Shown: piece after piece, positions 36,857 to 47,384 of the stretch
Layout: each line of letters begins with the position of its first letter
How positions within the stretch are numbered: position 1 is the stretch's first letter
From: Octopus bimaculoides
Taxonomy: Eukaryota
Assembly: GCF_001194135.2 (NCBI RefSeq)
Contig: NC_069007.1
Coordinates: forward strand, 1,528,113 to 1,575,496
Length of the DNA: 47,384 bases
Direction: 5' to 3'
Program-made: the position numbers and the translations under genes
Notes under the pieces: generated by a model
What the model was told of the DNA's origin: nothing
The model's database searches: none
Seen by the model: only the letters and a program-made list of their open reading frames with translations

Positions 36857-36929
36857 TCTACTGCTTCTGTTACTCCTCCTCCTCTTGCTACTGCTACTAC
36901 AACTACTACTGCTGCACCTGCTGATGCTG

Positions 36930-36988
<59 letters not shown>

Positions 36989-37524
36989 CCTGCTTCTTCT
37001 GCTACTCCTCCTACTACGACTGCTCCTTCTGTTGCAACAACGACAACTACTATTACTACTACTACTACTACTCNNNNNNNNNNNNNNNNNNNNNNNNNNN
37101 NNNNNNNNNNNNNNNNNNNNNNNNNNNNNNNNNNNNNNNNNNNNNNNNNNNNNNNNNNNNNNNNNNNNNNNNNNNNNNNNNNNNNNNNNNNNNNNNNNNN
37201 NNNNNNNNNNNNNNNNNNNNNNNNNNNNNNNNNNNNNNNNNNNNNNNNNNNNNNNNNNNNNNNNNNNNNNNNNNNNNNNNNNNNNNNNNNNNNNNNNNNN
37301 NNNNNNNNNNNNNNNNNNNNNNNNNNNNNNNNNNNNNNNNNNNNNNNNNNNNNNNNNNNNNNNNNNNNNNNNNNNNNNNNNNNNNNNNNNNNNNNNNNNN
37401 NNNNNNNNNNNNNNNNNNNNNNNNNNNNNTGTTGCAACAACGACAACTACTATTACTACTACTACTACTACTGCTACCACCCCTCCTTCTTCTTCTGCTC
37501 CTCCTCCTCCTCCTCCTCCTCCTC

Positions 37525-37571
<47 letters not shown>

Positions 37572-37757
37572 CCTGCTTCTTCTTCTGCTACTCCTCCTAC
37601 TACTACTGCTCCTTCTGTTGCAACAACGACAACTACTATTACTACTACTACTACTACTCTTGCTGTTGCTACTACTACTACTACTACACCTGCATCTGTT
37701 GCTGCTGTTGCTGCTGCCACTGTTGCTCCGCCGCCATTACTACTGCTGTTGCTATAA
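36857..37757. repeat. Compound (ACT/CCT/GCT)n tract with a higher-order unit of about 90 bp, spanning a gap
   Basis: ccacccctgcttcttctgctactcctcctactac.actgctccttctgttgcaacaacgacaactactattactactac at about 36983 and 37567, partial copy from 37431. Confidence 0.9.
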
Positions 37758-39189
37758 TAATATGTATTTTGTAGAGAAGCATATTTCTTTTCAGCAAGTT
37801 CAAGGAGGCCACAGCGTCACCAATAATCATCCGTATTGATATTCGATCCTTATTTTTTGTTGGTTGATGACTACGACCTTGCATACGATTTCTGGGTGTC
37901 AGCTATGTTGGAGTGAAGGAGTAAATATTTCGTTAGTTTTAAATATCTCTTACACGATGAGATGCACAAAATCTAGAAATTCAACGACGAACCTTTGCCT
38001 ATCTCATGACATGGCGTAAGAACTGAATGAATTTGTATGTTAAACAACGAAGCTAGGTAGCGTTACAGGAAAATATAATCTCTTGGCTGTCAGAGGTTAC
38101 TTCACGCCCAGCTGCACCCAAATTGTGATTCTTTGGAACAAATGTTCTGTAACAACAAATATAATGAACAAGAACAGCAACAAAAGTAAAAGGCAAACCA
38201 AGGAAAAGGAAATATTTAAGCGTTCGCTCGTGTTGGTGCAGATAGCACCCAAATCGTTATCAAATCACAACGTAGAGCCTTATATGAAGAAAAATGGTGG
38301 GTAAAAAATATGTTAATGGATTGCAAAATCCTTTTTTCTTCGTTATTTTAGCTTCGTTTTTAGCTTGCATATGGATGAACTAAATCTATGCAAAAACAAG
38401 ATCATTGCTTACGAGCCTTTATCATATATATTTATACAGATATGTTTAAAAATGGCACACTAATCAGTGAAGCTTGAAATAAAGCTGTGCCCTTTTATAT
38501 TTAAAACGTTCGCGTACACGAGGTTGTTAAATATAAATGTACAAAGATTTATTCCGATCTTCGCTGCTTAGTGTTAGGTTATATAATTCTAGCTCGGCAA
38601 AGCTTGGCACAAGCCAGCAAATGTATTACTTTACTGTATATATNNNNNNNNNNNNNNNNNNNNNNNNNNNNNNNNNNNNNNNNNNNNNNNNNNNNNNNNN
38701 NNNNNNNNNNNNNNNNNNNNNNNNNNNNNNNNNNNNNNNNNNNNNNNNNNNNNNNNNNNNNNNNNNNNNNNNNNNNNNNNNNNNNNNNNNNNNNNATATA
38801 TATATGGATAAGTCATGACCAATTTAATATTTTGCTTTGGTATTTTTATAATTTACCGAGTTAGTTTAAGATCTACATATATACTCATATTTATGATGGA
38901 CCTTGATTTACCTCCCCTTGTCCATCAATATTCAAATAATATTTATCGCCTGTTTGTCTAGGCAGATTTTCTTCCACAACAGGCTTTATGTATGGTCTTT
39001 TTTTAGAATAACATATATATTCTGATATTTTAGCATTCTTGCTTGATAATTCATTTAATAGTAGTCACTTAATTTGTAAATCATAATATTATTTGGGGAG
39101 TTTTTCAGTTGTGACCGGTTTTATTTTTGTTTACGTTTTCTACGCTACCTGGTGTAACCAGGTGCAATGGTTTTATTGATCAGTTCTTT

Positions 39190-39730
39190 TACTACCTCAT
39201 CCTTGGTCGCCAGTCTATTTCTCATTTTTTAATATCTCGATAATCGTGCATCTGTCATTCAAAGAAATGCTGTTATGGTAGTATTTCTACGATGACCTCA
39301 TACTGCAAAACTTCTTGCCCATCATAAACTTCGCAATCTCTTGATCTGTCTGTACCTTTGCACATTAGTGTCAACGATTGCAAAGCCAGGATTTCGGTTA
39401 GGAACGTAATATGTTTGACTAACTGAAAGTGAAATCCTCAACATGTCAAAACAGTGGAATTAAGGGTGTGTCATCTTCATATCTAAGATCAATGCAGAGA
39501 AAGTCACTGATTAACGTTCTTAAATGCTTGCTAAGATGTTCAGGTAAATGATGAAAGATGACGAGCAACTCATTTGGCTCAGGATCATGAAACCCTCGGT
39601 AAAGTTACATGGCGCATCTATAATTTGTTGCATCTTAAGTTCAATATGTACAGCTCTCGATAACTTCCATAGGGACATCGGTTCAACAGATCGTATCAAA
39701 TGCAGATTTAAATTCTTTAAAACTTTAGAG
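39190..39730 (-). mobile_element. RTE-like LINE reverse-transcriptase fragment
   Basis: Minus strand SAFDTI / SLWKL....I.LKMQQII (KAFDSV.R..LW motif), DLRYEDDTPL (YADD motif) and SISLNDRCTIIEILKMRNRLA (YLGS.I..DG....EI..RI..A motif), in broken frames. Confidence 0.7.
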
Positions 39731-39877
39731 ATTTGAAGAGTAAACATATCTGATGTCCTTTTGCATTATCAGTTTTGTCTTTAACTCTAAAACTAGCACC
39801 AGTATTCTATTTCATATACTTTTATAGGTCTAAAATCAAAGGACTACTCTGTTTTCGCTTCTTGAATTTTACCTACT

Positions 39878-40090
39878 ATTCTTCCGTTCAAGTGTATAGG
39901 ATTGTACAGAAATTTCTCATCCTTTCGATTAGAAAAGGCGCACTCTTTTCTTTGCCTATTCGTTTTTGCCCATTCTTTCTTCTTTGTCCATTCTTTCTTT
40001 GCCCATTCTTCCGTTGAAGTGTATAGGATTGTACAAAATTTCTCATCCCTTAGATCAGAAAAGTCACCCTCTTTTCTTTGCCTATTCGTT
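39878..40090. repeat. Direct repeat, 127-bp period, with an internal 3x ttgcccattctttc-like spacer
   Basis: attcttccgtt.aagtgtataggattgtaca.aa.ttctcatcc...agaaaag...ctcttttctttgcctattcgtt at 39878 and 40005. Confidence 0.85.
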
Positions 40091-40629
40091 CGTCACTCCT
40101 TTATTTTATTGTGCAAATATCGTGTCGATATTTTCCAAACCGCTTTCATAATAAACCTAAGATGTAAATATCCTATTAATTCATAACCCGAAGCATCATT
40201 GTCCGACCAAAGCCATGACTGTAGCAATTAATACCTGAACAAAACGTTTAAGCATTAAAAAAATGGAAGAGAACAAAAATGATTATATTCAAATAATAAA
40301 AATATTCGCGGAAACAAAATCGCCAATCGCGAATTATATACTTTTCTGAAGAATAGATTTCATTATAGACTATCACAAATGAACTGTATCGAACTGCTTC
40401 AATTAACAAAGGGTATTTCTTTTTATTATTATTATGTTATATTATTGCAACAAATAAAGCGATACAACCTATTCTGTCGTAACGGAAAAGAAGTGACCTG
40501 TTTAACTCTAAAGTTCACTCCGAAACAGTTTTACTGGCTAACTATTTCATTTTTAGCCTGATCAATTAATATAGAATTTGGATTGTCCAGAATATTAACA
40601 TTATGGCCATTAAATGTAATATTAAATGT

Positions 40630-40700
40630 AATCTTTATATTTCACTGTTTCAGTCATTGCACTGCGGCCATGGTTTGGCAGTGCCTTGAAGGATTTTGGA
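40630..40700 (-). mobile_element. SINE family B 3' tail
   Basis: Reverse complement: ttcaaggcactgcc..accatggccgcagtgcaatgactgaaacagtgaaa. Confidence 0.6.
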
Positions 40701-40849
40701 AGAACAAACAGTTCCTAGTATTTTTTTGAACTCTCGTTCTTATTATATCGACTTATTTTGCTGAAACTTATTTTCATTGAAATATAAACTAGCAAGCGTC
40801 TGTTGTTAAAGAGTGACGGACACAGACGTAAGGAAGTATACACACGCAC

Positions 40850-41000
40850 ATACATATATTATGGGCTTCTCCAGATTCTGTTTATAAAATGCACTCATAA
40901 GGCACTGGTGTGCCGGGGCTGCAGTAGAAGAAATTTGCTCTGAATGACATTCAAGAAAACCAGATCTATGTGGTTGTAGAGCCTGCTTCTGAGGCACACG
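40850..41000 (-). mobile_element. SINE family B 5' part
   Basis: Reverse complement: caaccacatag...ttcttctactgcagccccggcacaccagtgccttatgagtgcattt...gagaagccc. Confidence 0.65.
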
Positions 41001-41958
41001 ACGAAGGCAAAGCTATTAGTTTTAATTTTTTTTTTTTTTGACGCTAAATATTCGTCTTTATCATTCAAGTCAGAAACCATTTCTTTTGCTTTTACATATA
41101 TACAAACGTATGCACGCATGTGTGCTATAAATGTGTGCGCGCGCGTGTGTACTGATGTAAAATGGTATGACATTTCTTCTATAGTTTTGGAACCGTATTT
41201 ATACATTATGCAACTTCCTGTTTCATATAAATATTTAGATTTCCATGAAAAGCGTGGATGCTTTCGCTAAATCTTTGTGTATACGTTTTCTTAAATATAT
41301 GTTTAATATATCTTAAGAGGAATTGATTTATTAAAAAAATGAACCCTACTGCCATCTTCAACTTTCAAAGGTCACAAATAAAACGAGTCATTTTTCAGGA
41401 AGGGCGTACAGTTGAAGACAAATTCTTTTTCCGTGGAGATATAATATTCTGCGTCCATTATCAAGAACGAGCATCTTCCATCGTATTTCTTGATTCCTGT
41501 TATTAGATCTTCGATATTATCATTTACATAACCATCATAGCCTCGTAATATGGAAGCGGAGCAGAATCCGTAGAATATTCCAAAGGATCCTGTTTTATCT
41601 TCATTCCGTGTAACTCCGCCTGTAGACACAGAATAATATATTGAATAGCAAGAAGAGTGTTGCAGAATTTCGTATTTATCAAAACCATTCAATAGCAGAC
41701 GAGTTACGACATACACCGATCCATACGCGTACCTACATATATGCATATATATACACACTACATAAACACATAGATACATACAAACATGTAAACATAATTG
41801 TATACATACACACACACACACATATGTGTTCATACATATGAAAATACAAGTGTGTGTAGGGCATTATATGTATGTGTGGTTGCACATGCGATTCACGGGT
41901 AAGTGCATTGTGTATGCTATTCATATATATCTTGTTAGCACACTATCCATTTCCCTAT

Positions 41959-42041
<83 letters not shown>

Positions 42042-42119
42042 CCTACCTTCCTACCTACCAATCTTTTCTAACTTTCTTTCTCTATCTGTCTCTGTCTCTC
42101 TTTGTCTCTCTCCCTCCCG

Positions 42120-42186
<67 letters not shown>

Positions 42187-42471
42187 TGTGTGGTTATATA
42201 TTTATATATGTATATGTATATATATANNNNNNNNNNNNNNNNNNNNNNNNNNNNNNNNNNNNNNNNNNNNNNNNNNNNNNNNNNNNNNNNNNNNNNNNNN
42301 NNNNNNNNNNNNNNNNNNNNNNNNNNNNNNNNNNNNNNNNNNNNNNNNNNNNNNNNNNNNNNNNNNNNNNNNNNNNNNNNNNNNNNNNNNNNNNNNNNNN
42401 NNNNNNNNNNNNNNNNNNNNNNNNNNNNNNNNNNNNNNNNNNNNNNNNNNNNNNNNNNNNNNNNNNNNNNN

Positions 42472-42504
<33 letters not shown>

Positions 42505-42859
42505 ATATATACATATGTATACACACATACGTATATAAATGCATATAAGTGTCCATATATACAAATAGACGATGGAATGTCATCACGAAATGGTGAATGT
42601 TATGCTTTCTTCAATCACGAATACAAACGGGGAAACATTACTCTACATGTATACATGTCTTCTCGCTATCCTCCAACTATAATTCCGTCAATTATACATA
42701 TCACCGGCGGCGAAGATCTCCTGAACTATCGTCTGAACATAGATTCAGACATGCAGCTGGGAGACTTCGTTGGAGCTGATGTATTTACATGTGTGCTGCG
42801 ATAGACAGCAGAAGAACATATCCAGAATACTGTTGAATAAAGTCCGTAGCAACAAGTAG

Positions 42860-42902
42860 AACTATTGTAATAATAATAATGATAATGATAATAATAATAA
42901 TG

Positions 42903-42987
<85 letters not shown>

Positions 42988-43100
42988 GAAGAAGAAGAAG
43001 ACGAAGAAGCGCGATGATGATGATGGTGATGGTGGGGGTAGTGGTGGTGGTATTGGTGATTTTGATGATGATGACGATAGTAATAATAATAATAAGAAGA
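42860..43100. repeat. (TAA)n/(TGA)n/(AGA)n compound triplet microsatellite
   Basis: Direct inspection. Confidence 0.95.
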
Positions 43101-43144
43101 AGAATCTTTGCCTGAATTATCTTATAACACAAACAACATTGAGT

Positions 43145-43355
43145 TGAAATTTTGGAACTGAGATAGCAATTTCGGTGGAGGAGGTAAGTCGATTACATCG
43201 ACGCCCCCACTGTGTAACCAGTATTCATTTTATTGACCCCTAGATGAAGAAAACCATCTAGACATCCGAGGAAATTGAACTCAGAATGTAAAAGTCGGAC
43301 GAGATAAAGCTGAGTCATTTTGTTCGGCGTGCTAACAACTCTTCCAGCGACCAAC
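43145..43355 (-). mobile_element. SINE family A copy
   Basis: Reverse complement carries gttagcacgccgaacaaaatg...ttctgagttcaat...ggggtcaataaaatgaatac...gtcgatgtaatcgactta. Confidence 0.75.
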
Positions 43356-43743
43356 CTTGAATCACGCCGCCAATATTAAGATTTAATGATGTTAAGTTGC
43401 AACACTGAAAATAACAACATCTCCAAATTAAAGGAGAGTGTACAAATCTCTTCTGCGGTTGTGAATGAGAACAAGTAAATGATATCGAGTATGTTATACA
43501 ATTGATAAGATCATTGTTACGCATTACTTGTTTTCATTTCTCAACAGAATTATTTAGATTATTGAAACAGCGTCTTTAAGAATAAGACATTTTTTATTAT
43601 TTTTGTAAAATGATACATGTCAAATAATTGCAAATTGACAACTCATTCCTGAAAGTAAAGAAAAATACGAAAATATTACGTATGATGAATTTAGAAATTG
43701 AGTTGTTTTTTTACTGTCTAGACAATAAAAATTGAGAGATCGC

Positions 43744-43775
<32 letters not shown>

Positions 43776-46358
43776 CACACACGTATATTATGTGTGTGTA
43801 TAGTTGGTTGATGTATACATACATAATCTACCAAAAATATCCATACAAACATCAACATTAGAAAAGCGTGCGAAAATATATTAATACTACGTTTATTCTC
43901 ACAACATGGGATTAATACAAGTGGCATTTAACTGCATTAATTACAAGTAGAAACATTTTAGAGCGGTAAACAGCAGCTTGGGCAAAGCTGTCCCGTGTGG
44001 TTGCTGCACATGCTTTTTTAAAGGCTTCTCGAAGGCCTGTTATTGAATCCCCATAAGTAAAATCTTGTAAGTGGACATAACCGATACTGTTGATTCACAG
44101 GAGCTTAAGGGTTTCGCTATTTCATAGTTCATCAGGTACTCTCCTAATCTTGGATTGCAAAAGCAAAGACTTCGAGGTGTGACGCGTTGCAATGGTTTCG
44201 TGTCCAAGTAAGACTACACGTCATATTGTTATCGTGTATTTTGCATTTAAGAAGTAACCACGCCTAAATATTTATTGTATGCAGTACTTTGGCAAGATGT
44301 GTTTGGTCTCGTCTTCTGCGTTCTAATGTCTCCTCGAAGCGCTCACTTCCGAATCGCAAGATGGCACTTGGTTCGATTGTTTTTGCTGTTTTAATTAACA
44401 GGTGCTTTGTGTGCGATACACCTAGAGTCTGCCAGAACTTTGCTCTCTTTTATTCTATCAATATCGCTGTTTCTGATCAAATGTGCTCTTAATATTAAGT
44501 CCTTGCAAGGTTTAAATCTGCATGTATGTATTTCTGCATGTATGTGAGTGTCTGCAAGGGCCTACTGGCGAAGAAAGAGACCACGAAACCATGAGACAAA
44601 ATAAAAGACAGAGACTCAGTGTTCCTATGTGTATCGAAGGGAGATAAATCGAAGGTTATAAAAAGACATTGAAATACTGAGATGAAGAGACAAAACAAGA
44701 ACTGAAATTGAAAGAATATCAATGAATTCTTTAAGGTATTCGATGCATCGTAATTGATATGTCTATAATCACGACTTCGTGTAATAGCAATCATGTAACA
44801 GACATTTATTCTTCGATATTTTTGTATTCTTTCTACAAATTAACAGCAATGAAAGACAATGCAACCGTCTCTTGAGAATACATTTCCACATTCCCTTCGA
44901 ACGACGTTTGTTCGCACGTCTTAAAGATTTATTGCCTTGGGTGGTTTATTTTTTTCAGATTAATTTATACATGTATACCTGCTATTGCAAATTTGGTTTG
45001 CACTATAAAACAACAGCGGGAAACGGGAATCATGAGGTGTTAAATAATTGTCTCTCCATGCTCGGCTGAATCAGTTCAATATGATTTAGCTTTGTGAATG
45101 CCATCAGTGTATGTCAAACGATATCATAGACTTAATAGAGATCTCAGGTAACAGAAAATTGTTGCTTTGGATAATAATTTTACCTATAATTGTGACAATA
45201 TGTTACTTTGTTAAAACGTCAGATAACATGCTATACATTATTTCTTCCTTTCATCCTTTGGCATTTAATAAGCGAAGCAACAGTTAGCTATTGAGATCGT
45301 GTCTTCATTCTTCTCTCCCTTTTTCGTAACACTTTTCGTTCAGTTTCCTTCCTTTGTCTCTATGTCTCATAATTTCTAAGAGTGAACACCAAGCCTGTAC
45401 TCACTGTTACGTTATATTATCGACACATAATTGTCACTGAGCCAAATTGAAGAGAACAAAATGGTGTTCCGGTGCTGAAATGATTCTGTCAGCTCCGAAA
45501 TAAGAATTCTTTTTAAATGATGCACATCACCGGCAATATTGAGTGAAGGAACATAGTGAAGGAACATAGTGAGTATATTAAGCCAACTTACACCCTACCG
45601 CGCCATAGCTCATTATTGATAACAAAAATGAAAAACGACAACAATAAAAACAACGAAAATAATCAAACACAAAACAAATGAAGGAAAATTAGAAAAGAAG
45701 ATAAAATAACAGAAGCAGGAGACAGATGTAAGTACTTCGGAAGCTATGACTTCCAAGGCAAGTTGTAGACGTAGGTACCTGAAGCACGTGGCTTGACTGA
45801 AAATGCACTCAACATTTACGGAAATTACACGTCTAAGTGTTGCTCTCCCTTGCTCTAATTTTTCTAATCATTAATCCTATGTATCGTTCCAATCAGTCGT
45901 TAGTTGATAGTTAATTTATTTTCAATGTTAATTAATTAGTTCTCTTAATCTTAATCAAACCTCGTTGCTAATCATTCGTTGTTGCAAATGAAGAATCGTG
46001 TGTGGGATACACGTTTAAATGTCAACGCAGGTAAAGTTATTTAAAATGCACCTCTAGATTTTAATGCATTTCAACAGAATTTTTCGCGTGGATATTGTTT
46101 ATATCCGTAGATGCCATTACTGGAAAGTACTCAATGTTTAATGTTCTTTAATTTATTTTGCTATTAAACAAATCTATATATCTTCGTATTATTGTTTCAT
46201 TAAAAGGACATTTCTATTATTTCATCAATTTCTTTCCATAGTTAAGTCTGATTACAGGACAATACATGATACTTTTTCTTTGCTTCAGGTCTTTATTATA
46301 ATTTCGATTTCTTACTGTACCCATAATTGCTCGAATCACAATAATCATACTTTGTTGC

Positions 46359-46393
46359 TAATCCGCTATCATACTATGTATGATAGCGGATTA
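46359..46393. repeat. Perfect 16-bp-stem hairpin with 3-nt loop
   Basis: taatccgctatcatac-tat-gtatgatagcggatta. Confidence 0.9.
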
Positions 46394-47191
46394 AAGATAG
46401 AATGAGACGGTTTTTTTTTTTTCATTCCTACCTTTCAAAGCTTTCTCACATCGTTTATATATTTATACCCAATCCAATTATACCATCGTTCCAGTGAAGA
46501 ATAAAATAACCTCTTTCGCTCTGTGCTTGGAGTTCAAATTCCTAGGGGCCATTGTTTTTTTGGGTGTGAGAATTTACGGTGGTAATAGTATCTTTTGGCG
46601 TCTATTTTTCAGTGCGTGCCAAGCCCTGTATATAATTATAAAATATATGTTTCTATATATATATTTTTATATATGCGTGCGTGTGAGTGTGTGTGTGTTT
46701 GTTTATACACACACGCACACACACACATTACATTTATATGTGTAAAATAGTATATGTGTATAGATAATCACGCACCAAATTTCTATCACAGTCACTTGAA
46801 TGATACGAACGAGGTCGATGTATAAAGCCACCTGATGGAATTGCTGCAATGGGAAATCGAACTGGTAATGCCGTGGACAGGAAGAGTAACTTCTAATCCG
46901 TACAGACATCTCGACGCTTATTTATGTAAAAAAATAGACAAACAAATAAAACAAATAAAAACAAGAAAACGAAAATTACTGTTGATGATGTATATTAGGT
47001 TCGTGTTATTTGTTCGAATTTTCATGTTCAATTTACGTAAACATTCAAATTACATTTGAAACATGGAGCAGCGTACGTTATTATGAAGACCAAGGTTGTT
47101 GAAAACTCACAACATTTAGAAGTAAAAAAAAAGCAACTCTCTCTTGTTCAACAACTCCCTCGTATATCATTTTTCCCTCATGTTCTCAATC

Positions 47192-47223
<32 letters not shown>

Positions 47224-47384
47224 AATCTGTCTCACTCTCTTTATCCCTTCTCTATATACAAATACAAACACACATACACATATATATGTGTGTGTGTTTG
47301 TGTGTGTGTATGTGTGTATGTGTGTGTGTGTGTGTGTGTGTGCGTGTGTATGTGCGTGTATGTGTGTGTGTGTGTGTGTGTGTG

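Noticed and set aside
43980-44420. Weak CR1/RTE C-terminal similarity (AAWAKLSRV; FEETLERRR)
   Set aside because: Fragments lie on opposite strands and are too short and degenerate to support.
44872-45069. LLPWVVYF resembling the LPWGG motif of C14orf28-like proteins
   Set aside because: Only 3-4 residues match and the rest of the frame shows no similarity.
1-47384. CRISPR arrays, rRNA, bona fide tRNA genes, prokaryotic operons
   Set aside because: None seen; tRNA-like sequence is confined to SINE heads and the DNA is clearly eukaryotic.

Overview
AT-rich, microsatellite-saturated eukaryotic genomic DNA from a gapped scaffold (11 N-runs, nearly all flanked by simple repeats). The SINE families and (TA)n/(CA)n/(TAGA)n/triplet-repeat load fit an octopod/coleoid cephalopod (inference from recalled repeat consensus, not a database search). 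The only long intact ORFs are two same-strand, collinear 1847-bp exons, 8307 bp apart (11025-12871 and 19332-21178). Each encodes a divergent Fem-1-like ankyrin/helical/BC-box protein (putative Cul2-EloB/C substrate receptor). Both begin at a homologous phase-1 splice acceptor and lack their first coding exon. They share an almost identical internal tract, differ strongly in the helical middle region, and appear to lack the acidic Arg/C-degron pocket of vertebrate FEM1. A phase-1 donor exon encoding a tubulin/Misato-like N-terminal motif (MYTREIITIQL-G) lies upstream at 3237-3297 and could in principle splice to either. The rest is SINEs, RTE and L1/Tx1 LINE relics, mariner and hAT-like transposase relics, two or three minimal hammerhead-ribozyme-like motifs, inverted/direct repeats and a few unexplained exon-like stretches. 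Most ORFs in the supplied track are microsatellite or gap artefacts.
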